Shown in pieces: positions 1 to 13,527 of a stretch of 64,000 nt of DNA. The notes under the pieces were generated by a model, which searched no databases, was not told the origin of the DNA, and saw nothing but the letters and a program-made list of their open reading frames with translations. Source of the stretch: Antedon mediterranea (Eukaryota > Animalia > Echinodermata); NCBI RefSeq assembly GCF_964355755.1, contig NC_092680.1, positions 2,356,001 through 2,420,000 of the forward strand, read 5' to 3'. The stretch's first letter is position 1. Each line of letters begins with the position of its first letter. A program made the position numbers and the translations under genes.

Positions 1-110
1 TTCATCAGTTTTGGAATTTAAAGTTTACATTAGGTCTTCACTTGGTAAACTTTCCCATGATTTCAAGACCAAATATAGTCACAAATACACTCATGGAACG
101 CAATAACGTC

Positions 111-541
111 AGCGGAACCCAACCGCAAGGGTGTGCGCTATGCCATGCATTCAACACCGCTGCGGGTTACCTTCGCTCCTCCAAACAAAATCAACTACCC
201 CCTGACATTGCATACCCTAGAGTCTTCCAGCTGCCAGTACCGCATCACTCTTAAGTCAGGGTGCAATGCAAGTACTATGACCACATTGTGGGAACCTTAC
301 TACCCCCAAATTCTTACACTTGATTGCTTTGAGAATAAGCCACAAACTTATCATCTTCCCAATGTGACGTCCGAAAATCGGGGGTGTAGGTGACCGAGAA
401 TATACAACTTCTGGTGGACACCTGTTGAGGACACCTACTGTTTGAGACCGAGAAGCGGGGTACCATGCACATTTTAAGACGCCACTCCCGCAATGCGGAT
501 AACAAAGGGCTCTAAGAGCCAATCGAAGCCTGGGGGAGCGG
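111..541 (+). ncRNA. Candidate structured RNA island (several long hairpins)
   Basis: Nested helices AGCGGA(111)/TTCGCT(172), CCGCA(123)/TGCGG(161), GGTGT(130)/ACACC(154). Second hairpin AGTAC(236)/GTACT(272), GCAT/ATGC, CACTCT(246)/AGGGTG(258). Further stems run to 541. GC-rich relative to flanks; overlapping ORFs are unrecognisable. Confidence 0.5.
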
Positions 542-1699
542 TAATAAATGAGGACTTGTCACCTAAATACACTAACCTGAATATAAGTTCACACCCGAAC
601 ATTTGCTTGCCACTATAGTATGATCCGTAGCGTTATGAGAGGAAAGTATAAAGCTGGCTTTAGCCTCACGGGCCGGGATATCTACACTCTCACAGACACA
701 TACATTCCCTTGACGCCTTTTCAACACTAATGAATGATATTCCACGTGCCCATACTTACTTCACCCACGATAATGAGCAATTTTCCCATACGGCTACCAT
801 ATAGTATAGAAGATAGACAGATATACTACTATAGTGAACATATAGCTTACGGCATTATCGTAGTAGGCCTTGGAATGACCCCCTTTACCCGAGCTGTGAG
901 TTAGCCTAGAGCATTATTCTAATAGGCCTTCTACTGACCCCCTTATACCCAAAGCCTAGTTTTCTCGCTTACATTGTTTGTGAGGTGGGCAGGTGATAGA
1001 TCCACTGCAAGCCCTCAATTAACACCCCTCTAAATAATGCTGTAACACAGGCTTAACAATGTCAAATCTAATTTGTTCTCTTGGCATCAAGTCCTAATAC
1101 ATCTCATTCTTCCTCTTTTTTTTTTTCAATTTGTACCCAAAACACGCTAGCTAAACAAAACAACATGTAACATCCAAAACCTTTGACACAAAAGTGACAC
1201 AAGAACATAGGCAATCCTGTCAACTTTATATGTATATTAAAACACATTCAATTTAAATTTAATTTTGTAATATGCTGTTAAGTTTGTTCAGTGGTAACCT
1301 TATACGAAAACCGACAAAATGAAATCAGTCTTTTTTTATCATAAGTTAATGGGAATTTCATGCCAAAAACTATTTACCTATAATTTAATTTCTTAAGTAT
1401 ATTAATTCTTCATGTCTGCAAAAACAGACAGCATGTTACTGTACACACATAGTATAATCTATAAAATTGCTATGTAATTTGTAGTTAAAAATAGACAGTG
1501 TGAGGAATACCTAATGTTTATTTAAGCCCTTTGATGCTATTATTCAAACAGATTGCCTTTTATTAACGTCAAAGATTAACCAACAGTTTTTCAATAAAAT
1601 TGAGCAAGAAATACTCAAAAATTACACAGGAAAGAGGCAATGAAATTACTACATGACAAAAGTTAGAAAACAGAAATAAGTACAATGGTAAAGGAAAGA

Positions 1700-1940
1700 A
1701 AAAGTTAGAAAGAATATTGCACTTTCAGCTCGAATATACTGGGTTCAAATCTTAGTTTGTTACTTTTCCCTTTTCTTACAGATTTCCTCGAATTCAATTC
1801 TAGTATATTACAGGGCAGATTTGATTTTCTCTATGGCTGTCAAATGTATATATATGTATATACAGATGTTGTTCCTCCATACCATTTCGAAAGCCGCTAT
1901 CCAAATTTGAACCATACCATGAAAGCCCCAGTGGTCGAAT
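1700..1940 (+). repeat. Degenerate copy of the tRNA-like repeat seen at 33986-34100
   Basis: B-box-like GGTTCAAATC at 1742. TTCTTACAGATTTCCTC (1773) matches 34080. ATACCATGAAAGCCCCAGTGGTC (1914) matches 33986 at 22/23. Confidence 0.55.
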
Positions 1941-2264
1941 ATATAAATATATACATGAGACAAGCAACTTAGGTGGTTATTCCCAATTAATGGTCCAAGA
2001 TAATGTAAATTTTGATTTTATAATAATTTTTATAATATTAGAAAATTATAAATACACACTTCCCTGATTAGCATGTAGCATGTACAAGTATCTTTATTTA
2101 TAATTTATTTGATTACCACATTTATTATTTCTTTGAAACCTGCTTACTAAATTTTTACTATTTGTATTTAAAATGTTTTTAAATAAAGAAAAGAAAAAAA
2201 AAAAGAAATACATAAATATGCTACTTATGGGTGTTGATCCACTTCACTAGGGTTAAGATTTTAA

Positions 2265-2465
2265 GATAATAGATGGACATACAGATTACCAGAATGGCAA
2301 CCAAGGGTAGGAAAGAGAAAATGAGGAAGACCGAAAAGAAGGTGGAGATATGAAATACATTGGAACTGCTGCATGGACTAGGACAGCAAGAATTAGACAG
2401 AAATGGAAATGTTATGAGGAGGGCCTCATTCAACATGGATGAACTATGCCTAGATAGGGTTAATG
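2265..2465 (+). mobile_element. RTE-clade LINE 3' fragment (decayed ORF C-terminus)
   Basis: Translates DNRWTYRLPEWQPRVGKRK*GRPKRRWRYEI / IGTAAWTRTARIRQKWKCYEEGLIQ, the typical RTE C-terminal motif, with a stop and frameshifts. Confidence 0.85.
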
Positions 2466-3554
2466 AGAAAAATGTGGAATATAAAGGATAAAACCCGAAA
2501 CCTTGAATATAAAAAGAAAGCACCTTTTACCACAAAACCACACTTTACTAAAAGTCATAGGGCAACTAAATTGTTTGTTTTGTTTTCATTAGTTGTTTTT
2601 TCTTAAGGTGCATACTAAACTGATTAGTGGTGATGATCAAGCTCATATCCATGTTTTTCAGGTGGTTTTGTTTTTCCCCCAAAAGAAATTGTCATGAGCA
2701 ATTGGCTAGAGGCCTATTTACTATCATATCTGTGGTTAGTGTGTAGTTTTAAAGGGCACTTAAGAAAATAGGAGGGTTTGTCTGTTACATAATTAAGAAC
2801 GATTAGGATTACTAATTACAAAATAATAATGTTTTTTTGTTCTCTTTTTTATTGTATCAATTTGAAATGCTTAAATCATGTATATGAAATATAAACAATT
2901 TTAGACAATTAATAGACTTTTTTATTTTTATATTTTACTAAATAGCAAGTGAAGAAAAAGTGAAGGAGAACAAAAAAATTGTATAGTGTAAATACAAAAG
3001 GGGAAATAGAAAAATCTTGAATGAATGGAATTTAAAAAAAAATAAAAAAAAAGTCTTTACAACTACTTGCATGTAAATAAATAAAGGTACGTAAAGATGA
3101 GAAATCTACAAAAAAAAAACTTGAAGTTGTCTTGTGTTTAATTTTCAGATGCTCTACCTACTGACTGCAATACCTCCCAAGTTCCATTTCTCTTAATATT
3201 TTGGGAAGACACTTTTATTACAAATGAATTATTATGAAAACTCAATTTATTAAACAATTCTTATATAAATATTCTGAAAGTAATTAAGATCACGGGTCAT
3301 GCAAATTTGATTGAAAAAAAGTACCGCGGTACATCTGTATGTCCACGGGCAGCTTGAATCCCAAATAGATAAAGAAGCCGGTACAAAAAAATCATTTCAA
3401 AGAATTAAACTTAAAGTCACTGAACTCAATGATGATAAACATGTAATATATGGAAGAGTGTTAAATATTAGATTTAATTGGTGCACTTTTTCTTCCAGTA
3501 ATTTTCATATTGATCTATAACCTTTTCTTGGATCGTTATTAAATAATTCTTCTA

Positions 3555-3940
3555 TTGTGGGCAAGATCGTGCCAAATGGAAATGCCGCAAATGTTTTGCA
3601 ATATGAAATTCATCACTGAAACTGACATAGGGCCAAAAAGGCTAAAGCAACTGATCGTGGGAAACAGCGGAGAAGCAAAAGTTGCTAGCATCTGCTCCTA
3701 TACTAATGATACCTCCCACAGCTCTGTCACCCACTGATCAGAAAGAATCTACACAGCTCAGAAGTGGTCACGAAAAGGCGAAGCCATCTGACTTTGAAAT
3801 CACAATACGTCAACCCACATCACGACCTATGCATCGTGATACGTGACGCAGCACGCCGCGGTTGAAATGCCAAAAGATTAGTGTTCTTTGAAGCAACCTT
3901 TTTTGAGCTTTGCCCGTGTGTGCACTCAGGGGCAAACGAT
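3555..3940 (+). ncRNA. Candidate structured RNA island
   Basis: CTGATC-GTGGG(3651)/CCCAC-T-GATCAG(3730-3741); CGTCA(3808)/TGACG(3844) enclosing ATCACGA(3819)/TCGTGAT(3834); TTTGCCC(3909)/GGGCAAA(3930). Confidence 0.5.
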
Positions 3941-4987
3941 TTCCCCCTTCTCTGTAGGCAGATAACCCAGTCAAGTTTAATAAAATATTGATGTAAAACA
4001 TCTACATGATTGTAAAGAAGATCAAAAGTTCGTCATCATTACCAACCTAAATGTTAACAGACTCTCAATCATATTAGTACATTCATTTAAAATTAAATGT
4101 TTTAAAAGAGATTGCCAAAAATGTTCTTCAATGGATTCCAACCAAATTTTCTACTTGTGTTTGTGTTATCAATTTTTAAAACCATTATTGAATTGTAGAA
4201 TTTCTTTTGAAAATTGGAATAATTCAAAAAGTAGTCATACAATACGATATTTAGATTAAAATGCAAGTTAATGATGTTGTTTCAATTTAGAATTTCATTA
4301 TGTTCAGTTCTTACAGGCTGTTGCAGCTTAAGGCCTCCTGGGTTGAACTACAAAAGCTGTATCTACATCATTATTACATCACACCTAATGTTAATTCATA
4401 GCTACCATATCTTGTGGGTAAAACGTTCTTATTCTATTTTTGTATCAAAATGAGTGACATACTTTAAAACAATCAGCTAAAGAAATTCAATTTACCTTTT
4501 ATTGATAAAAAACATTTTTTTATTTATCAATATAAAATTTGAGTACTTTTACATTAGTTTATACAACCAGCTAAAAAAATATAGTTCTTAATAAATAATT
4601 GTAGATGAAAAATTCAAGATATTATTCGCAATATGAGAGGTATAACATACCCATCAACATATAAAAAAGTTAACATCAAGATAGCTTCGCTATCAAATTT
4701 CTACAACTACTGCACTTTTGTATATCAGAATATTAGGGTGAAGGGTTTGAAGATACGTAATTGATTATGCCCACATGTTCTATTGTAAGAAATTAAATTT
4801 TGTAGGTATTTTTTCAGGCCTTTACAATGCATTGCTCAGGTATTCCGATCACACCTGAGAAATTAACTATTCATAGTCAGTAAAATCAGTTATCAATAAT
4901 GAAGATAACTTAATTTCCGTTGAAATTCATCCAATGCATAAACCGCATGCCACAAACACATCAGTTTCTATGTCTAAATACGTAATG

Positions 4988-5208
4988 ACATGTGCAGCGA
5001 CTACCTGGCGCCACAAAAGGTGGAGGGCGCAGCGCTGCCGACATGTGAGCAAATACATTCCCTGCGGAGGCTCGCCCCTGATGCTAACCCCAGATAAAAG
5101 GGCAGGTAAAGGTGGAGAGGCTGCATTTGGTCTGACCCAGGGGTTCAGCAGGGTGGCTCCACAGCAGTACACCACCCCTGGAGCAAATGCCACATGCACT
5201 TTTTACCT
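4988..5208 (+). ncRNA. Candidate structured RNA island (two long GC-rich hairpins)
   Basis: ACATGT-GCAGCG..GCGCC / GGCGC..CGCTGC..ACATGT (4988-5046). AGGTAAAGGTG(5104)/CACTTTTTACCT(5197), GCATTTG(5123)/CAAATGC(5184), CCAGGGGT(5137)/ACCCCTGG(5174). Confidence 0.6.
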
Positions 5209-7797
5209 CACCTCACAAGCATGTGACCCACACTGCCCCTAAACACCAGGGTGTACCAAACACTCAACCTGCTGAAAATTACTTTATGGAATTAGATACG
5301 CAAGTAATCAAGTCACTCTGCACACACATTCAAGTTTTTCAGCAACTTAAGGTGTCAATTCAAGCACCTTTAAGAGGGTCAGTATTGTGGAATCACAAAG
5401 ACATGTGCGTATACTCGCCTATGATCCCATCTTGTTTGATGTTGTAGTAACTATTGACGGGTTAGACCGCTTTTGCTCCCTACCATCACCCCATGCACTT
5501 TTAGAATGTAAAAGTCAATAACATACATGCTATTGTCACATACAACAGCATGAAAGATTATTAAACATAGGTCAAACAAGACTGACAACTCTGACAATAC
5601 ATGCATTAAAACAAACTAGCATGCTCTAAAGTAATCATTCAAGTATAAAAAATTTTATAATAAGTTTTATGTGTAAATCTAAAATAACTCTAAATTTAAA
5701 ATTTGTTTATAATATAAAAGAAAGTTGAAAATATAATTAATATATCAACTTAAGTGTTTAAAAGGCCAGGTGCGGGCAAAAAATTTCTATTGATCATACA
5801 TTCCAATAATTATCGATCTATAGTTTCCCCTATGTTTCATAATTTTTGGGATTTTATTTGTGTTACACGAGCTTGTTGAAAATAAGCACTTTCTTATCAG
5901 TGGGGGGATAGTTCAAATTACACAGTAAAATCTCTATTCTTTTGTACACAAATTTTGTAAATAGAGGGGCATTTTTAAAAGCTACGAAAAATAAACAGTG
6001 TGGTAAAAAAATTTATCAGATGACTAAGTATAGGTAATATAACTTGAATATTACATTCCTGGAATTTTTATTCAACTTCAAATTTTTATTTTCATGCTAT
6101 AGCAAAAATTATCCACCGTATATCCACCATCTTTTTCACCTTCTAGGGAGTCACAAGACATGTTATTACATTAGGTTAACTACCTAACTACTGACAAAAG
6201 GTCTTCCTGGTTTTTATGGAAGAATTTTGCAAAATTTTGTATTTGGCCGTATTAAGGGAAATTCATGTTTTTTCGTGTTGATTTCTGTTACAAATATTTG
6301 ATTTATGTACAATTAACCAAATATTATATTTAAAATTCATGCCTGAGCTATGTAAAAAACTTCTAAAATAACTTTAAATTTAAAACTAGCAAAATAATTT
6401 ATAATATAAAAGTTAAATTAAGACAATTAAAGTACAGTAAATGTTTAAAAAACAAATATCTCACCAAGAAGCAGAATTGAGAACTTATGTATTAAATAAT
6501 TTTGATATATTTACTAACCAACTATTTCCATAATATTGCAGAAGTAAATTAAACATCAATAAGTGCATTTGTTTTCAAAAATATAATTGATTTACATAGT
6601 GGTAATGCCTTATGAAATCACTGTACTTTCATAGATTTTTAACCCAAACATTGGTTCATAGGCCTATAAGAAGAACGTTCAAACTTTTTGCTGATGAATT
6701 ATGTTCTCCACAATGACATGATAACATTGTTGTGGTTTTATACTAGATAGGTCATGTGCACTATCTGAAATATTGGATCTAGTAAGTTACAATTATATAT
6801 TTTATATTTTATGCATTGTCTGACACACAACAAACTGTGAAACAAACTAAATAATTGTAAACCCTTTTGGCGAAGTGTGTTGATCGACAGAATTGGGTCA
6901 AAATAACTGCCTCACAATCAGAATATAAAAAAAGTGCGGCAACCCACATAAAAGATGGTTTTAAAAATGTCTAATTGGGGCACACAACCTTGAACATATA
7001 GACAAACATTTTAACTACAGTAGTGAATGGAATTGGTTGAGTACTCCATCAAAAAATAGATTTTCTATCAGAACAAAGGGCCGGGGCGGCAAACAAAGAT
7101 GGGCTACACAACCTTGTGTACTCTTTATCAATTTCGTACAATTTACAAAACTTTGATATTGTCCCGATATAGGCTACGAATAATAAACCTAACAAAACTG
7201 AATTGACCGCAACACATTTCAGGTAATTAATTGATTATATAAAGTAAACTAAACACAAGTTAAGTATTATCCATTGTTTGTTATCGTAATTACTTTTCAC
7301 CTTTTACCTGCATTTATGGTAAAACACATTTTTTACCTGAATGGTGTAATGCCCTGACAAATAAGACATAGGATTCATTTATTTTTATTGCGTCTTTCTC
7401 TTAAGTATTCGTCTATACAAAGCATTTGAAATTACCTCCTTTTTTTTTCATTTGACACTTTTCAACATAGGAAAAAGATCACTGTAATTTGATTATACCC
7501 CCAATGATCTTATTAGGGCATACGTTAAAAAATCGTATCTCCTTAACTGCTTGTAGTTTTTTTTCCAAATACCAACTCAGTGTGTTAAAATACCATATTC
7601 TAAAATATACATACCACTTTTTTTGCCTCAGGAGCCTGACTTTAAAACTATATATAGTATTTTGGTTGGAGTGAACCATTAATTACAGTGAAAGTTTTTA
7701 ATTGAATTCTTTTTACAGACAACTCTTACAAAAACCAAAAATGTGCCCATAAACTCAAACATTTTCATTTATAAATGTTTTCAATTTATTCTATAAA

Positions 7798-7880
7798 ATT
7801 CTTCTTCTTCTTAACGTTTTCCGTCTTCCGACATTACGCTTTCCACAATTTGTTTCCATTTCTATCTGTTTATGGCAGGA
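7798..7880 (-). mobile_element. RTE-type LINE 3' terminus with (GAA)n tail
   Basis: Minus strand reads R*KWKQIVESVMSEDGKR* followed by GAAGAAGAAG. A second copy lies at 13871-13935. Confidence 0.7.
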
Positions 7881-8552
7881 TGGTTTGTTATTGTGTTAGT
7901 GTCTACATGTCCTATTCTATTAAATAATTTAATATTTTTTAGTTCTTTCCATTATCTTACACAACTAGTTGGTTAAAATACTGAAAAAAGGGAACAGTGT
8001 ACACACATTTTTGTTTTGTTTATTTGTTTCTGTATCATTGGCTGAAAGCATTAGTTATTTAAATACCATTATCACCTTTTGCAAAAAGCAGATTGTGACT
8101 ATGATAACATATTGTATGATAAACTAAATTACATCTTTATTAATATTTGATACAATTTACTGAGAAATGAGATCAACCAAGGACAAGTGATGAAATTAGT
8201 TGTCAGCCAATGAATCATTAATTAATCAATTAATTAATCCATACGTGAGACCTGTTCATCATGATTGATCACTCAGCTGTCAAACAATCAATCAATCAAA
8301 TTCAATCTACATTATATTCAATATTAATGTTTATTTTTTATCCTATATAGTAATCAATAAACCATTTTTTATACAGTAAATTAAGTGGGCGAAATCTTGT
8401 GAGGGCTGCCGAGCCCAGAAACAGAACATTAATCAAATAAATTGTACATTATATTCAAAATTAATGTTTATTTGTTATGATATACAGCTATATATTATTA
8501 TGTCAATTTCTATCTTTAAAATTTAAAATTGATTTATTTATATATCCAAAGT

Positions 8553-8786
8553 AGAGTTGGATAGCCGAGTGGTTAGGACACTTGACTGTCATACAGAGAG
8601 ACCTCGGTTCAATTCCTGACAACTCCCAGTCTACTCAGTTGTAAATGAGTACCTGGTTGAAAAATACTGGGAGGATAAGGTGGCGTGGAAAGGAACTGGC
8701 CACCCTACCACATAATCCGGCTTAGTAAAATGAGTTCCTAACAGCTCATTCCCCTATGTTCAGAAAAGAATACTTACCTTTACCCT
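8553..8786 (+). mobile_element. tRNA-derived SINE with Deu/Nin-like core and ACCTTT-type tail
   Basis: A box TAGCCGAGTGG (8562), B box GGTTCAATTCC (8606), core GTAAATGAGTACCTGG..AGGAACTGGCCACCCTACC, tail CTTACCTTTACC. Confidence 0.8.
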
Positions 8787-9117
8787 AAGGTCACCAATTC
8801 ATTATTTTTTTTTGTAGAACTTTGTTGTACTTATTAAATAAGGTGGTTTATATTTAACAGTTATCAAGTATTAAATATTATAATAATAACCCTAAGTAGA
8901 AGATAAATAAACTCATTCAAATCCAAAATGGGGAAAGTTGGGTACTCTGCAAATGCCAATATCTAAACACTATACCTTGAGATAAGTATGCAAGCATGTT
9001 ACCAACCACAAAGTAAAAACTTAAAATGGCCTAGTTTTCACTTCACTCAACTACTAACAAGCGTTTGCCGTCCCCATTTCAGGATATTAACAATTATACC
9101 AATTATCAATAGTCATT

Positions 9118-9310
9118 ATTGTGACATTTAAGACCACTGAACAATTTAATACGTCACAGCCTAGAAAACGTCCACTCAAAAATGCGTATATTGCGCTTGG
9201 TACTGAAGTATCGTATTAACCCACTCATTTCCCGGAGTTTTCCTGTGTGTGATTGTATGTGTTCATGATAATTATACTCAAAGTCACGATTCCAGCTGTA
9301 ACTGGGAATA
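9118..9310 (+). ncRNA. Candidate structured RNA island
   Basis: Nested ATTGTGAC(9118)/GTCACGAT(9283), TGAACA(9138)/TGTTCA(9260), TTAATACG(9146)/CGTATTAA(9212). Confidence 0.5.
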
Positions 9311-9393
9311 AAGGAATATTCTTTTTTCTATACATAGGCCTACTGACGTCTCCTATACTAGTTGTTAGAGTATCTATTCTCTATAAAAACTAA

Positions 9394-9634
9394 GGGTATG
9401 TTCAGATCTATGGAGTTTCATTATCGCAAAAAAAGGTCATATTGTAGTCAGCATTGTAATAGCAGAGTGATCAGACTCGATTAACTAATGCTTTCATTAC
9501 AAACTAAATTGTCACAGATTGATATATGCAATTGGTATACGGACGAAAGATCATTATCATAAGGTGGTTTCCACTAATCTTTTCCTAGTTCAGACCTATG
9601 GAGTATGAAATCATAACTATGTATGAACATGCCC
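9394..9634. mobile_element. MITE, PIF/Harbinger-like
   Basis: TIRs GGGTATGTTCA / TGAACATGCCC flanked by TAA and TTA. Confidence 0.65.
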
Positions 9635-10084
9635 TTATTGTGAAATCAATGTTGCTAAAAATATGAAGTTTTCTAAAAAAAGAGGTTTGGCTAACAGATT
9701 ACAAACTTTGTCAATCGCAGATATCGACACTGGTCTATGTAAATGGAAGATTTAAATGTACCTTTTTATTATTGGCTTAAACATGAAATAAAACTGTATT
9801 GTAAAGATGCAAGAGATTTAAATTAAGTTGTACAGTACTATACATGGTGTTAAATTGCTTGATTAATAGGTGAGCTTGTAAAACATTTTGACTAGAAGAA
9901 AATAAATTAAATAAGAAAAATGTTAAACAAAATTACTACAGCCTTGAAAGATCAACAAACCGCAATTTAACCATTTAAGAACAAAAGAAATCAAATTGAC
10001 ATCAAACGAAATACTCTTACTTCAGGTATTCATATCAGCATAGGTTATACAACAACAGGTGACATTTTATTTTGTAAAGATCGA

Positions 10085-10532
10085 CTCGACAAAGCTGTCC
10101 GAACAAAAGAGGTATATCAAATCTGATTTAGTTAGCCCACCGCATTTCAACTTATGACGTTGCTATGTCTATGTTTTAAAATAAGAATGAAGAAACACAA
10201 AAGCCGCAGGAAGTATTTGGCATAGATAGACGGGTTAGGTTGTTCGGTAATGAATGATAAGTCTCCATAAATTATCACCTTATGATCGAGCCTTTTCCTG
10301 AATGTAAAACAGACCTAAGATGGATTACTTTGAACCCTTGCACCCATATCTGAAGCATAATGATCACTTTTTTTACCCATCAATTAGGAGTTAGCTACCA
10401 GGGAATAAGGCTGTTAACTTTTCTCCTTTACGCCTTGGAGGGTGAGGTATTTAGCTGTTATCGCAGCCGAGAAGGAGCGTAATCGACCTGACAGTATAAC
10501 AGATGGGGGAGTAGTAACAGATTATATAGCTA
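10085..10532 (+). ncRNA. Candidate structured RNA island (two multi-helix domains)
   Basis: CTCGA/TCGAG, CCGAACAA(10099)/TTGTTCGG(10240), TAGCCC/GGGTTA, GTCTATG/CATAGAT nested. Then TAGCTA(10392)/(10527), CTGTTA/TAACAG, TTACGC/GCGTAA, GCTG/CAGC nested. Confidence 0.55.
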
Positions 10533-12679
10533 TGGATCTTAAAATGTCATTCTATAGGCGCAAAAGGTAGTTACTTACGCGACACATTATCAATAAAAAA
10601 AATATGTAAATAATCATTTTGTGGCTACCGTATTTGTGTAAATACCCACAATGCCATCGAGATAAATGGCTTGCATAATATAATCATTAAAATGTCATTG
10701 TGTATACAGCAAAGTTGTTAATTTTCATACAGTTCTTTCATCAATAATTTGTCGCAAACATCAAAGAATGCAAATTTTTTTTCATTGAATCACTTTTATA
10801 GAAGGTTAAGTTTAAATGGATATCAAGATATATAGTGCCAATGCTGATTCCTTTAAGGGACCAAAATAATGTTCGGTTAAGTTCTCGCCAGCATTACTTT
10901 CCACTTCTAATGTCTGTGTTAAAAACGGAACAGTATCGATTTGTACGAGAACAAAGTTTATCTCAAGTACGAAAAGTACACCCTATGGCAATCTTAAGTA
11001 AAGTATCAAACTTCAGCAAAAGCGATGTTGTAGGGGCATGTAGGAAAGAACATTAGCACAATGCATCAAATAGAATTATTTCCTGTAAGGTCCAATGTCA
11101 GGAAGTACTCAGGTGCCTGATTGCTATTCATATTAAAACATCTTTCAAAAACATACAACAGGACATATTGTACGTAAATATGGAACTTATACTTAATAAT
11201 ATACCAGACATCAAGTCTTTAGAAACAATTTGCATTTTAATATGCATACACCACTTGTCAATCAAAGTCTATGTGTGTATGCTTTTTTCTATATCAAAGT
11301 TAAATTCCAGTTTATCGGAGTTAAATTGCGGTTTAGCCCCATTCCATGCAAAAAAATACACCAGTTAAATATCCAATATACTTCCATCCAATAGGAATTA
11401 AGCTTGTCTAATATTTTGTTGTAGAAACCTATCGGAGTTTAGTTACGTCAGATGTACCTCTGAAACAAATCAGAGTAAATCAGTGGTACATCAGAAATAT
11501 ATCGTGGATTAAGAAGGAGGTGTAAAAGAAAGTTAAAGTCTATTAAATGAGCTTTTAGAGCAGATGTTACTTGGATATGATTTGAACTAGCTTAAGTATG
11601 CATAGAACAAAAATTTACTTTAGTGGACAACAATGATACCCAAAACAAAATTGTCCTTTAAATTTGGATATTCAAACCAATTGGCAGTAACATAAACTTC
11701 AAATAGCTAAGTTTTAATGATGCAGTCCCAGATCCAGATCCTGAAAATGTTTCTTAAAAATGTATGTAGGAAGAAATTTCACTACATTAATACATTCATT
11801 GTATCTAAAAATGTCCTTGATATTTTAAACAGTTTTGAATGCAATTCCAGTATGTTTATCATCAAAAGCAACTCAATTTAAACTGTAAAAATATTATTAA
11901 TAAATTGATATTATATAATAACAATTCTTTAACAAATTACAAAAGTTAATTCTATTGGCTCAAAGAACTTGAATCTTTAACTTTTGATTGGCTTTCTAAC
12001 AACTCAGCAGGTAAGCATAGTTTGAAAGTTTTTAACAATGAAATCTCAGCTGATGCCTCAGCATGAAACCCTTATACTAAGTTGCTTTTAATTACTGTTT
12101 ATAGTAAACCAGGTAGGTTCGAATTGCTTCGTGACCACCTCTGAATTGTTCGCTCCGCAAGAGGGCTCACTTGTTTTTACGAAACAACTTGGCTATCGGG
12201 TGAATCATAATTGTATGTATTTTGCAACGAAATGATAAGGAAAATAAGAATGTTTAAAAATGATGAAATTTCAATTGTCTTTTCAAAGAAAATTCAAAGG
12301 CAAAAAACAACCCTCACAGTAACTTTGACTGTCTGGTGTTTAAAGTCTATACTATTTTTAACTGACAGGACTGGACTCCCTAAAATCATATGTACTAGAC
12401 CGCCCATTAAAAGTAATATTTCGCTGTCTAAACACCTCATTTATCATATGTAACTTTTTGAGCAGCTGCACTCAAACATGATACAAGAAAAATTACAATA
12501 TGCAATTAAAAGGACAAACTATAGGTATTTTTTCTGATTTTTTTTTATATTTTTATATAAATTAGACCAATAAAAGACGAATTGAATTGAATTAATGATT
12601 CTCATTTAGACAAAGATGGAAAAGTTTTATTTTGTTTCAGTCCCAAAATCATTATTATAATGACATGGCTGAAATCCTT

Positions 12680-13527
12680 CAAGTTTCAAGTTTATTGTTT
12701 CACACAATACAATACAAAAGAACAGTAACATAAATTAATAAAAACAATTGTGTGAGGAGGACGCATTAAGCCAAGGCTTTAAGTTTGGTCCTCCAGATAA
12801 TTAATATATTTAATTATTTAATTTAAGTGAGAGAACAAAAATAAACTTCTTTCTTTCGTCAAATTGACAAATAAAATTAAACAAAAGGCACAAAAAAGAA
12901 AAAAAGAAAACAGTCTTAAGGCAATTGTGAATTACTAATGTTCTAAATAGTTTGAAATAAGTGTTTGTTTGTATTTTGTTTTAAATGTATTTATGATGGT
13001 TATTGCTTTTAGATTGAGCGGTAAGTTGTTCCATATATACGGTCCATTGCAAATAAAAGATGTTCTTCTAAGTAATATGGTATGCTTTTCGTTTATCAGA
13101 TTTTTTGCAGTTGAAGATCTGGTGTTGTAAGAATGATTAAAATTTTGAAAATAGGAGTAAAATTGAGTTGGTAATTTATTATGATTTAGGCGGAACATGA
13201 ATAAAGCTGTTTGGAGTTTATTTATATCAAATATATTTAAAGTATTGAGAGAATAAAAAAGTGGTTTAGTATGAGATTTTGGAGGTGCTCCCGAACAGAT
13301 TCTGATAGCCTTTTTTTGTAATTTAAAGAGAGAATTAATTTTCGTGTTATCAGAACCTGTCCAGGGGCAGCATCCAGTAAATTTATCTACAGTTATAGCC
13401 CAAGCAACATTGCAGTATGATAAATAGGGTAAAATAAGAGTATTATACAGGGAAAATAAGATGTTTAAAGGAAGTATGTACTTCAATTTACTTAAAATTC
13501 CAACGTTTCTCGAGATTATTTTAGTTA
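12680..13527 (-). mobile_element. 5'-truncated L2/Crack/Daphne-like LINE with TSD AAATCCTT
   Basis: ORF2 C-terminus, 3' UTR stem-loop GGAGGAC..GTCCTCC, AATAAA followed by a (CTTGAAA)n-like tail. Direct repeat AAATCCTT at 12672-12679 and 13528-13535. Confidence 0.9.
12935..13527 (-). pseudogene. LINE ORF2 C-terminal region (after the RT domain), open frame
   Basis: KIISRNVGILSKLKYILP..LYNTLILPYLSYCNVAW..LQKKAIRIC..HTKPLF..HSYNTRS..GPYIWNNLP..FKTKYKQTL, characteristic of CR1/L2-group ORF2. The frame is open upstream of the track's TTG start, so it is a truncated retroelement ORF, not a host gene. Confidence 0.9.

Noticed and set aside
4988-5208. Telomerase RNA (CTAACCC at 5084, H-box-like AGATAA, terminal ACA)
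   Set aside because: The template match is only 7 nt with no extended alignment region, there is no U-rich pseudoknot, and template and H/ACA elements are far too close together.
144-5605. Cluster of minus-strand TGCATG (Rbfox) motifs
   Set aside because: The motif is near-palindromic and occurs on both strands throughout; no associated exon was identified.
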